A stretch of 64,000 nt of DNA from Candidatus Latescibacterota bacterium. GTDB lineage: Bacteria; Latescibacterota; UBA2968; UBA8231. The notes below the pieces were generated by a model, which saw only the letters and a list, made by a program, of their open reading frames with translations, had not been told where the DNA came from and made no database searches. The position numbers and the translations under genes were made by a program. Below are positions 48,967 to 58,394 of the stretch, one piece after another (positions within the stretch are counted from its first letter, which is position 1; every line of letters begins with the position of its first letter). Location of the stretch: the NCBI GenBank assembly GCA_965243025.1, contig CBDETY010000003.1, positions 2,144,001-2,208,000 on the forward strand, written 5' to 3'.

Positions 48967-49202
48967 ACGGCTGCCGGTGCCGTGGGGTGGCGGGGCTTCC
49001 GGGAACCTCCCCCAGGGCCCCGGCCCGGTCACGCCGCCTCCAGTCCACCTTCAACCGGAACCTGTTTTTTTCGTCGAGTCAAACCAGCCTACCGGAACGG
49101 GAGCCGGTGGGACAACAACCGGGCTGACCGAATTTCGCGCCATGGCGGGGAACCATCCCTTCAGAACCCTGAAAACCGGAAACCTGCAACCGCGAGGACA
49201 GT

Positions 49203-49976
49203 ATGAAAAAAGCATGCGCAGCCTGGTTTGCCGCCGTGCTGCTGGGCGTCTCTACCGCGGCTCCCGCCCGGGCCGAGTTCCACCTGCAGTACGGCAAGCT
49301 GCTCAATCCATTCTCGGGGGCGGAGGAACAGACCCTGGTCTTCACCCTGCAGCAAGCCTCGGCATGGAAGTTCGGAGACAGCTTCTTCTTCATCGACCAT
49401 CTCGACGACAGCGGGGACGACGGCTTCAACGACAGGGAGTTCTACGCCGAGTGGTATCCGACCCTGAGCCTGGGCAAGCTGGCAGGCAGGGATTTCCGGC
49501 TGGGCCCGATCGCGGACTTCTCCCTGGTGGCCGGGTTCAACGCCTCAGGCGACGGCAAAGTCGTCAAGTACCTGCCCGGTCTGAGAGCTTCCTGGAACCT
49601 GCCGGGGTTCCTGTTCCTGAATACGGACCTGACCGCCTACCTGGACGGCAACACCGGCATCTCCGGCGGGGGGCCTCCGGCAACCGGCAACAGCTTCCTG
49701 TTCGACGTCAGCTGGGTCTTTCCCTTCGAGGCGGGAAGCCAGTTGTTTGCCATCGCCGGTCATGCCGAGTACATCGGTGGCAGCACCGACGAGCTGGGAG
49801 GAGATGTCAGCTCGTGGATTCTCGCCCAGCCGCAGTTCACCTGGGACCTGGGCAACGCGATATGGGGATCACCCCACCGGATCCTGGCGGGTATCGAGTA
49901 CCAGTACTGGCTCAACAAGCTGGGAACCGACCTCGACGAGAGCGCGGCGCAACTGCTGCTGGTCTGGCGACCCTGA
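49203..49976 (+). CDS. Tsx-like (nucleoside-channel family) outer-membrane protein
   Basis: Signal peptide; motifs TLQQASAWKFGDSFFFID, FYAEWYP.LSL, QPQFTWD and GIEYQYWLNKLG. Confidence 0.75.
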   Translation: MKKACAAWFAAVLLGVSTAAPARAEFHLQYGKLLNPFSGAEEQTLVFTLQQASAWKFGDSFFFIDHLDDSGDDGFNDREFYAEWYPTLSLGKLAGRDFRLGPIADFSLVAGFNASGDGKVVKYLPGLRASWNLPGFLFLNTDLTAYLDGNTGISGGGPPATGNSFLFDVSWVFPFEAGSQLFAIAGHAEYIGGSTDELGGDVSSWILAQPQFTWDLGNAIWGSPHRILAGIEYQYWLNKLGTDLDESAAQLLLVWRP

Positions 49977-50031
49977 AGGGCGCGCGCAGGCGGAGACAGC
50001 CAACCCCGGGAGGAATCACAATGAACCCAGG

Positions 50032-50059
50032 TTAACGGACAAACTTCAAAATTTATAAT
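50032..50059 (+). promoter_or_regulatory. Putative sigma70-type promoter for NCS2 fusion copy 2
   Basis: TTAACG-16 nt-TATAAT within an AT-rich patch in otherwise high-GC DNA. Confidence 0.45.
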
Positions 50060-50111
50060 AAATCAAACTCGATTCAGGACGCATAACCCACTGCAAATCA
50101 ACTAATTGAAC

Positions 50112-51869
50112 ATGACAAAAGAAAAGGGATCTATCCGCTTCGAGCCGGAGGAGCACCCTCCCCACTCCGTCGCCCTGGGGGCTGGTTTTCAGGCGGCGGT
50201 CGTGGTCCTGGCGCCCGTGGTGCTCAGCGCCGTGATCATTGCCCGGGCGGCCGGCCAGCCCGCCGGCTACCTGACCTGGGTCGCCTTCGCCGCCCTGCTG
50301 ATCAGCGGCGTGACCACTGTGCTGCAGGCGGTCCGGGTCGGGCGCATCGGGGCCGGGCACGTGCTCATCATGGGGACCTCGGGGGCCTTCATCGCCGTCT
50401 GCATCACGGCGCTGGTGAAGGGGGGACCCTCCCTGATGGCGAGCCTTATCGTCGTTTCGGCGCTGTTTCAGTTCCTCCTGGCGGCGCGGCTGTCGCTGGT
50501 CCGCCGTATCATCACGCCGGTCGTCTCCGGCACGGTGATCATGCTGATCGCCGTCACCGTCATGCCGGTCGTGTTCGATCTGCTCGCGCAGGTACCCGAG
50601 GGCACGCCTTCCTCTGCAGCTCCGGCCGCGGCCGCCGCCACCCTCGCCGCCCTCGCGGCCCTGGCGTTGCGCGCCCCCGTGGCCTGGAGGCTCTGGGCCC
50701 CGCTCATCGCCATCGCCGTCGGCTGCGCCGTCTCGGCCCTTTTCGGCCTCTACGACATTCAACCGGTATTCGAAGCCCCCTGGATCGGTCTTCCCCAATA
50801 CTCATGGCCGGGCCTGGACCTGTCGTTCAGCCCTGAGTTCTGGGCGCTGCTGCCGGCCTTCGTGGTCGTCACCCTGGTGGGTGCGATCGAGACCATCGGC
50901 GACGGCGTCGCCATTCAACGGGTCTCGCGGAGCCGTCCGCGGGCTACCGATTTCCGCCTCGTCCAGGGCGCCCTCAACGCCGACGGGGTGGGCAACCTGC
51001 TCTCCGGCCTCATCGGGACGCCCCCGAACACGACCTACTCGACCAGCATATCCCTCGCCGAGCTGACAGGGGTCGCGGCGCGCCGCGTCGGCGTGTACAT
51101 CGGCGTCATCTTCGTGCTTCTTGCCCTGTCGCCGAAGGTGACCGCCCTGATCATCGCCATTCCCAACCCGGTCGGCGCCGCCTATGTAACCCTGCTTATC
51201 GGCATCCTGTTCGTTCAGGGCATGAAGATCGTCGTCGGAGACGGCCTCGATCACCGCAAGGCGGCGGTGGTCGGCCTGTCGTTCTGGATCGGCGTCGGCT
51301 TCCAGAACCAGGTGATCTTCGCCGACCTGCTCGGCGGGACCTGGGGAACCCTGCTGGGAAACGGCATGACCGCCGGGGGTATGGCGGCGATCGCTCTTAC
51401 CGTCTTCATGGAGCTGACCGCTCCCCGAAGCAGGCGGCTGAAGGTCGACCTGGCCGGCTCGGCGCTGCGGGAGATCGACGCCTTCCTGCACGCCTTCGCC
51501 GCCGGGGCCGGCTGGAAGCAGCGGTCCGGGGAGCGGCTGCGTTCCGCCGGAGAGGAAACCCTGGCGGTCCTGCTGCAGCAGTTCGAGGAGGAAGGGGCCG
51601 AACCCCAGGAGGGAAGCCTGGTCGTCACCGCCCGCCTTTCGGAGAAGGGAGTGGAGCTCGATTTCCTGGCCGCCTCGGGGGTCGAGAACCTCGAGGACCG
51701 GCTCGCCTGCTTGAGCGAGCAGCCAGAGCTGGTCGACGAGCACGAGATCTCCTACCGCCTGCTGCGCCACTACGCCTCCTCGGTGCGGCACCAGAAATAC
51801 CACGACGTCGACATCGTCTCGGTGCTGGTCGAGGAGGCGGCGGAGTCCGCCCCGGATCAGGGCGAATAA
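50112..51869 (+). CDS. NCS2-fold permease fused to a degenerate RsbW-like GHKL domain, copy 2
   Basis: Full-length paralog of 29447-31111, sharing RRIITPVVSGTV, ATDFRL.QG, RLRSAGEETLA and RLLRHYASSVRHQKYH. Confidence 0.88.
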   Translation: MTKEKGSIRFEPEEHPPHSVALGAGFQAAVVVLAPVVLSAVIIARAAGQPAGYLTWVAFAALLISGVTTVLQAVRVGRIGAGHVLIMGTSGAFIAVCITALVKGGPSLMASLIVVSALFQFLLAARLSLVRRIITPVVSGTVIMLIAVTVMPVVFDLLAQVPEGTPSSAAPAAAAATLAALAALALRAPVAWRLWAPLIAIAVGCAVSALFGLYDIQPVFEAPWIGLPQYSWPGLDLSFSPEFWALLPAFVVVTLVGAIETIGDGVAIQRVSRSRPRATDFRLVQGALNADGVGNLLSGLIGTPPNTTYSTSISLAELTGVAARRVGVYIGVIFVLLALSPKVTALIIAIPNPVGAAYVTLLIGILFVQGMKIVVGDGLDHRKAAVVGLSFWIGVGFQNQVIFADLLGGTWGTLLGNGMTAGGMAAIALTVFMELTAPRSRRLKVDLAGSALREIDAFLHAFAAGAGWKQRSGERLRSAGEETLAVLLQQFEEEGAEPQEGSLVVTARLSEKGVELDFLAASGVENLEDRLACLSEQPELVDEHEISYRLLRHYASSVRHQKYHDVDIVSVLVEEAAESAPDQGE

Positions 51870-52051
51870 GGGGAGTGGGCCACAGGCCCCGGATCTGCCC
51901 GAGGGGAGTGCCGGTCTGCCTGAGTGCCTGCCCGATACAGGCAGGTTCCACGCCTCCGCTCTTCTCGTCGGTTGCAAGCCGGGGCCGGACGCCTTGGGCA
52001 TGCGGGTCCTGACCCCGGCCGGAGACTGCCGCAAGCGGAGGCCGCGAACCG

Positions 52052-53170
52052 CTACGGACGGGACAGCCTGTGGGTCTGGTACGGGTTGCTGCAGGGCGGA
52101 CCGTCGGCGACCTCGAGAGTGCCCGCCGATACGTCAATGACCACCGAGGCCAGGGTTTCCAGGACGAGCTCGTCCGGCTGGTCCTCCCGGTGCCGGCAGA
52201 TCGACTCCGGCCGGTTCTCATGGTCCCGGAGGATGGCCTTCAGACGCCCGCCGTCCGCCTCCCCTTCCCCGATCAGCTCTCCGGCCCGCCGGGCGCGGTC
52301 GCAGAACCCCGGATACAGCACCGCAAGGCGGTCCTCCAGGCCCCGCTCCCGAGGAGGGCCGCTTTCACTGGAATCGGCAAAGACGTTGCAGTGGGACGCC
52401 CGCCCTCCGGGAGACGCGGCGACCACGGCGACGTCGGCGGGGCTCACCTCGAGCGAGGCGACCTTCCCCTCCCCCGAGCCCGGGACGCCGCGCTGCGCCA
52501 TGGTGAAGTTGACCGAGGCTACCCGTTCTGCCGGCTCCAGGGCGCGGCGCGCCTCGTCGATGGTGGAGCAGTTGAGCGCGGCGCGCGCCAGCACCCAGAC
52601 CGGCACGGCCGCCTCGAAGCGGTCGAGCTGCGATCCCATGGCGTTGGCGCACAGGGCGAGGCCCTCGGAGTTGATCCCCTTGTGGCCGACGAACCCCGCC
52701 TCGACGTGGGTGAGGATGTCGGGGCGGTCTTCCTGCCGCACCTCGAGCAGGATGCTGACCTCCCCTACCGGCACGGCCCAGTCCCAGTTCTGCCCGACCA
52801 GGGTGTGGCCGCTGCCGCCGGCCCGGGCGATTCCGAGGGAGGTGCATTCCCCGCTTCCCGCCGGCGCTCCGGCGAACACCGTCGACAGCATGATCTCGTA
52901 GCGGCCGTTGACGATCAGCACGTCGTCGACCGCGAGTCCGGAGCCGGCCGCGATCCCCTCGATCTCGGTCAGTATCTCCGCGTCGAAGTCGCCGATCCTG
53001 CCGGCGAACCCGGAGATGACCTCGATCAGCTCCCCCCGGGAGCGGCCGCTCCCCTTCTCCCACATGTCGACGTAGAACTCGACCCCCTTGCGGATGAGAG
53101 CGCCGGCCCGCTCGCCGTACTGGCGGCCGCGTTCGAAGGGGCCGCCGCTGACGGTCACTTTGCGCGGCAT
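52052..53170 (-). CDS. Peptidase C45 / isopenicillin-N acyltransferase-like Ntn hydrolase
   Basis: RGRQYG, autoproteolysis site GE/CTS, GQNWDW, GINSEGL and SICRH. Confidence 0.85.
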   Translation of the reverse strand: MPRKVTVSGGPFERGRQYGERAGALIRKGVEFYVDMWEKGSGRSRGELIEVISGFAGRIGDFDAEILTEIEGIAAGSGLAVDDVLIVNGRYEIMLSTVFAGAPAGSGECTSLGIARAGGSGHTLVGQNWDWAVPVGEVSILLEVRQEDRPDILTHVEAGFVGHKGINSEGLALCANAMGSQLDRFEAAVPVWVLARAALNCSTIDEARRALEPAERVASVNFTMAQRGVPGSGEGKVASLEVSPADVAVVAASPGGRASHCNVFADSSESGPPRERGLEDRLAVLYPGFCDRARRAGELIGEGEADGGRLKAILRDHENRPESICRHREDQPDELVLETLASVVIDVSAGTLEVADGPPCSNPYQTHRLSRP

Positions 53171-53270
53171 CGGTCTACTCCCGTCGACAGGACTTGGCCG
53201 GCGAACTTCATCATGCCGCAGTTCCGCTGTCGCGGCCGGGTCTCCCTGCATGGCAGAAAGGCCGGCACCA

Positions 53271-53645
53271 TCACTCCTCCATCACCGTCTGCCTGTCGGC
53301 GGAGGAAAAGGCGATGAACAGGACCGCCTCCTCGGTCTCGGACAGGTTGCGGGCCTTGTGCGGCACCCCTTCGGGAATGGTCACGGTGTCCCCGGGGCCG
53401 AGCTCGGCGGTCTCACCCGCGTCCAGGGTGTGGGAGATTCCGCCCGAAACGACGACGAGCACTTCCGAGCAGTTGGGGTGGTAGTGACGGGGGTTGGCCT
53501 GTCCCGGTTTCAACCGCGCCGTGCCCAGGGTCATCTCCCCGGAATTGCCAAGCGCGCCGCTGGCGTGCCAGCGCAGCTCCCCCCAGTCGAGATCGACCAC
53601 CTCGCACTCGTTCGTTCGCAACACCGAAATCCCCGCCTGTTCCAT
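53271..53645 (-). CDS. Cupin domain protein
   Basis: PRHYHPNCSEVL...GDTVTIPEGVPHKA. Confidence 0.85.
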   Translation of the reverse strand: MEQAGISVLRTNECEVVDLDWGELRWHASGALGNSGEMTLGTARLKPGQANPRHYHPNCSEVLVVVSGGISHTLDAGETAELGPGDTVTIPEGVPHKARNLSETEEAVLFIAFSSADRQTVMEE

Positions 53646-53811
53646 GACAGTCTCCTTTGCTTCAGCCCGTTGTTGCCGCAACTCTTCGGGCGAGGCCCGG
53701 ACACGGCGGCGGAAGACAAGGGGCGCCGGCCGCCAGTGCCGGTCCTGCCCGGATGGGATTCTTCAACCGCTGTCGGGTCTGCTTTCCGCCGACTGGCGGC
53801 AGGCGTAGTAT

Positions 53812-55908
53812 ATGGCGGCTCCGAAACCGACACCAAGCACACCTCTTCATTTTCATATGGTAAAGCTGCACACCGCGCAGGACCTGTCGCGGCTGCGCCG
53901 GCGCGCCTCCCAACCGGCCTTCGCGGCCGCGGCCGCCGCGCTGCGCCGGCGGACCGGCGACTTCCTCGTCACCGACCTCGCCGTTCCCGGGCGCTCCGCC
54001 GGCTTCTATCACGACTACTTCTGCCCCGAGCACGCCGTCGAGCTCGCCTTCGACCCGGCCTCCCCCACCGCGCACCGCTGCCCCAGCGACGGCCATCTTT
54101 TCTCGGGGGAACCGTTCGACTCGGCCTGGCTGTGGTTCGTCAACAACCGCCTGTCGACGATGGCCCTCTCCCTGGCCCTGCGCTGGCGCATCGACGGCGA
54201 GCCCGCCCACCTGCTCCGGGCGGGTGAAATCCTGACCGGATACGCATCCCGCTACGGCAGCTACCGTCCCCTGAAGCCCCGGGAGTTCGGAAACGGCAAG
54301 GCGACCTTCCAGTCCCTCGACGAGGCGGTCTGGCTGATCCCCCTGGCGAGGGCCTACGACCTGGTCCGGGACGGCCTGTCGGAAAACGAGCGGGGCGAGG
54401 TCGAGGAACGGCTCCTCATGCCGGCGGCCGAGCACATCCTCAGCCAGAAGTACAACCGGATCCACAACATCGAGAACTGGCACAACACCGCCATAGCCGC
54501 GGTCGGGCTGCTGCTGGGCGAGGAGCGCTTCGTGCGCATCGCCATCGAGGAGGAGAACGGCTTCCACCACCAGCTCGCCGAAGGGGTGCGGGACGACGGG
54601 CTCTGGTGGGAGGGTTCATCGGGGTACCACTTCTACGCCCTGACCCCGATGATCGCCCTGGCCCAGTTCTGCTCCGGCGGCGGCCTCGAGCTGTGGCGGC
54701 ACGAGCGCTTCGAAAGGATGTTCCGCGCCCCCGTCGACCTTCTGCTCCCCGGTCTCAGGCTGCCGGCAAACAACGACTGCTGGTTCTTCTGCAGCCTCGC
54801 CGCCGACGTCTGTCACGGCGTTCCGCCGGCGGCGTCCTTCTACGAGATCGCCCATTCCTGGTACGGCGACCCCGCCTTCGCCTGGGTGCTGGCGCAGAAC
54901 TACCGGCACAGCGCACGCGATTCCCTCGAGGCCCTGCTCTACGGCCGCGACGAGGTGGCCGCCGCCCCGGCGCCGGACCTGCGCAGCGTCAACCTCGAGC
55001 CGACCGGATGCGCCCTGCTGAGGTCTCCGGGGCCGCTGGAGAAACAGGACTGCCTGCTGCTCAAGTACGGCCCCCACGGGGGCGGGCACGGCCACCCGGA
55101 CAAGCTGGGCGCCTTCGCCTTCGCCAGGGGCAGTGACCTGTCGGCCGACCTCGGCACCCCGGGGTACGGAATCGAGCTGAACGACACCTGGTTCCGTCAG
55201 ACGCTCAGCCACAACACCGTGCTCGTCGACGGCTGCTCCCAACCTCCGGCCGAAGGCAGGCTGGTCCGTTTCGAGAGCGGGGAACGGGCCTTCGAGGTCG
55301 CCGACGCCGAGGTCGAATTCGGCGAGCCTCCCTGGGAAGGGGTGTCGCTGCGCCGGGTCATTCTGTGGATGCCGGGGTACTACCTCGATTTCACCCGGGT
55401 GCGGTGCGGCCGCGAAAGACAGGTCGACCTCCCCTGCCGCATGCGGGGGGGCGCCTTCGAGGCCCGCGGCCTCGAGCCCTGTCCGAACCCCCCGCGGCTG
55501 CAGGGTGCCGGCTACGAGCACGTCGGCGAGGCGCAACGGTTCGCCGCCCCGGGCATGGCGGAGCTGCGCTGGCAGCAGAAGGCCGGCTCCACCGCCCTCC
55601 ACCTTCCCGGCTGCGGGGGCACAGAGATCATACTCGGTGAAGTTCCCGGCAATCCCGCGGCCGACCGCAGCGCCATCGTCATCCAGCGGCGGCATGCCCG
55701 GGAGACGGCGTTCCTTTCGGTGGTCGAGCTCTCCTGCAATGAGCCGCTGGAGGTCTCCCACTGGCCGGGTGGGGCGGATGGTTTCCGGGGGGTGGTGGTG
55801 AAACAGGGGGCCCGGCAGAAGGCCTGGGCGGTCTGCGAGCCGGGGTGCGAGCCTGCCCCGCTTCCGCCGGGGGCCGCCGGCGCCGAAATCGAACGCTACC
55901 GGCTGTAG
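53812..55908 (+). CDS. Heparinase II/III-like polysaccharide lyase (PL17 oligo-alginate lyase-like)
   Basis: Motifs QSLDEAVW, IHNIENWH, EGSSGYHFY, HGGGHGHPDKL and HNTVLVDG; no obvious signal peptide. Confidence 0.8.
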   Translation: MAAPKPTPSTPLHFHMVKLHTAQDLSRLRRRASQPAFAAAAAALRRRTGDFLVTDLAVPGRSAGFYHDYFCPEHAVELAFDPASPTAHRCPSDGHLFSGEPFDSAWLWFVNNRLSTMALSLALRWRIDGEPAHLLRAGEILTGYASRYGSYRPLKPREFGNGKATFQSLDEAVWLIPLARAYDLVRDGLSENERGEVEERLLMPAAEHILSQKYNRIHNIENWHNTAIAAVGLLLGEERFVRIAIEEENGFHHQLAEGVRDDGLWWEGSSGYHFYALTPMIALAQFCSGGGLELWRHERFERMFRAPVDLLLPGLRLPANNDCWFFCSLAADVCHGVPPAASFYEIAHSWYGDPAFAWVLAQNYRHSARDSLEALLYGRDEVAAAPAPDLRSVNLEPTGCALLRSPGPLEKQDCLLLKYGPHGGGHGHPDKLGAFAFARGSDLSADLGTPGYGIELNDTWFRQTLSHNTVLVDGCSQPPAEGRLVRFESGERAFEVADAEVEFGEPPWEGVSLRRVILWMPGYYLDFTRVRCGRERQVDLPCRMRGGAFEARGLEPCPNPPRLQGAGYEHVGEAQRFAAPGMAELRWQQKAGSTALHLPGCGGTEIILGEVPGNPAADRSAIVIQRRHARETAFLSVVELSCNEPLEVSHWPGGADGFRGVVVKQGARQKAWAVCEPGCEPAPLPPGAAGAEIERYRL

Positions 55909-55946
55909 CCGCAAAGGGCCTGTTCACGGCTGAGGGAGGCCGCAAA

Positions 55947-57014
55947 ATGAGAGCATTCTTTTTCTGGGAAGACGGACGCGGCATCGCCATCCGGGGGCGC
56001 AGCAACCCGTACGCCGGGCTGCTGGGACGCGCCCTCGGGAAGCGCGGCATCCACCTCGACGAGGGGCTCTACCGGTTCGAGCGGGAGTGGCTCGAGAAGG
56101 GCCGCGAGGACCACGAGGTCCTGCACCTGCACTGGCTGCACGGCTTCTACCGCACCGACGACCTGCCGACGACGGTCGAGAAATGCAACCGCTTCTGCGA
56201 CACTCTCCGCTACGCCAAGGCGGCCCTCGGGTACCGCATCGTCTGGACGATGCACAACTTCTACCCTCACGAGCGCCCCTTCCCCGAGGTCGACCACCTA
56301 GCGCGGCTGTTCGTCGCCCGCGAGGCGGACGCCGTCATCGCCCACTGCCGCTACGCCGCCGGGCTCTGCCGGAAGCAGTTCCATTTCGAAGGGGAAGTGA
56401 ACGTCATCCCGCACGGCAACTTCATCGACGTCTTCCCGAACGAGGTCACCCGCGCCGAGGCCCGGGAGCGGCTCGGCATTTCCCGGGAGTCCTTCGTCTA
56501 CCTGTTCTTCGGCAACGCGCGCACCTACAAGGGGGTCGACGCGCTGATCGGGGCCTTCCGCGAGATCGACCCGGAAGACGCCGAGCTGTTGCTGATGATG
56601 CGCGCCTCCTTCAACCCGCAGTACGCGCAGCAGCTGCGAGACCTCGCCGCCGGGGACGCGCGCGTGCGCGTGCACACCTCCGACTTCTTCCCGGAGGAGG
56701 ACTTCCAGGTCTACCTCAACAGCGCCGACGTCGTGGTCATTCCGTTCTCGGAGGTGCTGACATCCGGATCGACCATCGCGGCGCTGGGGTTCGGCAAGCC
56801 GGTGGTGCTGCCGGCCCGCGGCTGCCTGCCGGAGCTGATCGACGACTCGATGGGAATCCTCTTCGACCCGGACAGGGAAGGAGCTCTGCAGGGGGCGATG
56901 CGGGAGATCCGGGGGCGCGACATCGAGGCGGCCGGGCGCGCCGCCCGCGCCTGCGCCGAAAGCCTCGACTGGGAGGAGATCGCCGACCGGCACGCGAGCC
57001 TGTACAGGGGGTAG
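55947..57014 (+). CDS. Glycosyltransferase family 4
   Basis: GGAGG RBS; motifs NPY..LL, LHLHW, VWTMHNFYPHE, YKGVD and LTSGS..AALGFGKPV. Confidence 0.85.
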   Translation: MRAFFFWEDGRGIAIRGRSNPYAGLLGRALGKRGIHLDEGLYRFEREWLEKGREDHEVLHLHWLHGFYRTDDLPTTVEKCNRFCDTLRYAKAALGYRIVWTMHNFYPHERPFPEVDHLARLFVAREADAVIAHCRYAAGLCRKQFHFEGEVNVIPHGNFIDVFPNEVTRAEARERLGISRESFVYLFFGNARTYKGVDALIGAFREIDPEDAELLLMMRASFNPQYAQQLRDLAAGDARVRVHTSDFFPEEDFQVYLNSADVVVIPFSEVLTSGSTIAALGFGKPVVLPARGCLPELIDDSMGILFDPDREGALQGAMREIRGRDIEAAGRAARACAESLDWEEIADRHASLYRG

Positions 57015-57154
57015 CGGCGAAGCGGGTCGGCCCCCCCGGAATTGCCTCCCCGCCGTCGAGGCAGAGGCCGCCCGGCGGTTTCCCTGCAAGGCAAAGCCAA
57101 TCGCCGGAAAACGGACTGCCCTGCCGATTTCAGCTTACCGGAAAGGAGAATCGA

Positions 57155-58279
57155 GTGGACATCTACGAAGAGCTGGGAGTGCGCACCCTGATCAACGCCG
57201 CCGGCGCCATGTCGCGCTACGGGGGATCCCTGGTGGATCCCGGGGTGTACGACGCAATGCGCGAGGCGGGCGGGAAGTTCTGCATGCTCGACGAGCTGCA
57301 CCAAAAAGTCGGGGAGCGCATCGCCGGCCTGCTCGAGGTCGAGGCGGCGTACGTGACCGCGAGCGCCGCTTCCGGCCTGGTGCTGACCACCGCGGCCTGC
57401 ATGGCCGGCACCGATCCGGAGCGCATCGCGCGGCTGCCCGACAGCAGCGGCATGAGATCGGAAGTCGTCATCCAGCGGCTGCACCGCATCGGCTACGACC
57501 AGGCGATCCGCCTGGCGGGGGCGACCCTGGTGGTCGTCGAGGACGACGGGGAGCCTCCGCTCGCGGCGATGCGGGAGGCAGTGGGCGACGACACCGCGGC
57601 GATCTTCTGCATGGCCCACAGGCTCGAGGAGCCCGGGTCCCTGCGGATCGAGGATTACGTCGCCCTTTCGAGGGAGTCGGGAGTGCCGCTGGTCGTCGAC
57701 GCCGCCTCCGAGTGCCCTCCGTTGTCGACGCTGACGCGGTTCTCACGGGAGGGGGCGGACCTGGTGATCTTCAGCGGCGGCAAGAGCCTGCTGGGCCCGC
57801 AGTCGACCGGGCTGGTGGTCGGCCGGGGCGGCCTGATCGCCGCCTGCGCCGCCAACGGCAACCCGTTCGCGACGGTCGGCCGCCCGATGAAGGTGAGCAG
57901 CGAGGAGGTGATCGGTTTCCTCAAGGCGCTGGAGAGCTACCTCGCCCGCGACCACGAGGCCGACCGGGCGCGCTGGCAGGCGCAGGTCCGGCGCGTGGAG
58001 GAGGAATTGGCCGGACTTCCCGGGATCGAGCTGCAGCACCTGGTCAAGTGCCGGACCTACGACGTCCCCCTGCTCGGGGTGCGGCCCTTGCCCGGGGCGG
58101 GGTTCACCCGGGACGACATCTTCGCCGCCCTGGAGGCGGGGGAGCCGAAGGTCATGGTCTCGGAGGGGTACGCCGACGACCACGTCGTCATCAACCCGCA
58201 CATGCTGGAACCGGGCCAGGAGGAGGTCGTCGCGTCCCGCTGCGCCGAGGTGATCCGGCAGCTGGGACAGCAGGGGTAG
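57155..58279 (+). CDS. SelA-like PLP-dependent enzyme (DgaE-like ammonia lyase family)
   Basis: AAGGAG RBS plus GTG 57155; motifs INAAG, VDAASE, IFSGGKSLLGPQSTG (PLP Lys) and GRPMKVS.EE. Confidence 0.85.
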   Translation: MDIYEELGVRTLINAAGAMSRYGGSLVDPGVYDAMREAGGKFCMLDELHQKVGERIAGLLEVEAAYVTASAASGLVLTTAACMAGTDPERIARLPDSSGMRSEVVIQRLHRIGYDQAIRLAGATLVVVEDDGEPPLAAMREAVGDDTAAIFCMAHRLEEPGSLRIEDYVALSRESGVPLVVDAASECPPLSTLTRFSREGADLVIFSGGKSLLGPQSTGLVVGRGGLIAACAANGNPFATVGRPMKVSSEEVIGFLKALESYLARDHEADRARWQAQVRRVEEELAGLPGIELQHLVKCRTYDVPLLGVRPLPGAGFTRDDIFAALEAGEPKVMVSEGYADDHVVINPHMLEPGQEEVVASRCAEVIRQLGQQG

Positions 58280-58394
58280 TCGGGGGGCCGAACTTCACTG
58301 CGGCAATCTCGAGGCGGCTCTACCTCAGGGAGCAAGGCGATCCTGAGGCCAGTCGGTGCAGGAATAAAGTGCGGATCGCCGCGGCCGGATGTCG

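Noticed and set aside
56087-58279. 730-aa ORF as a fusion protein or a true selenocysteine synthase
   Set aside because: The N-terminal half overlaps the GT4 in another frame and the real start is GTG 57155. The protein is too short for SelA and no selB or selC is nearby
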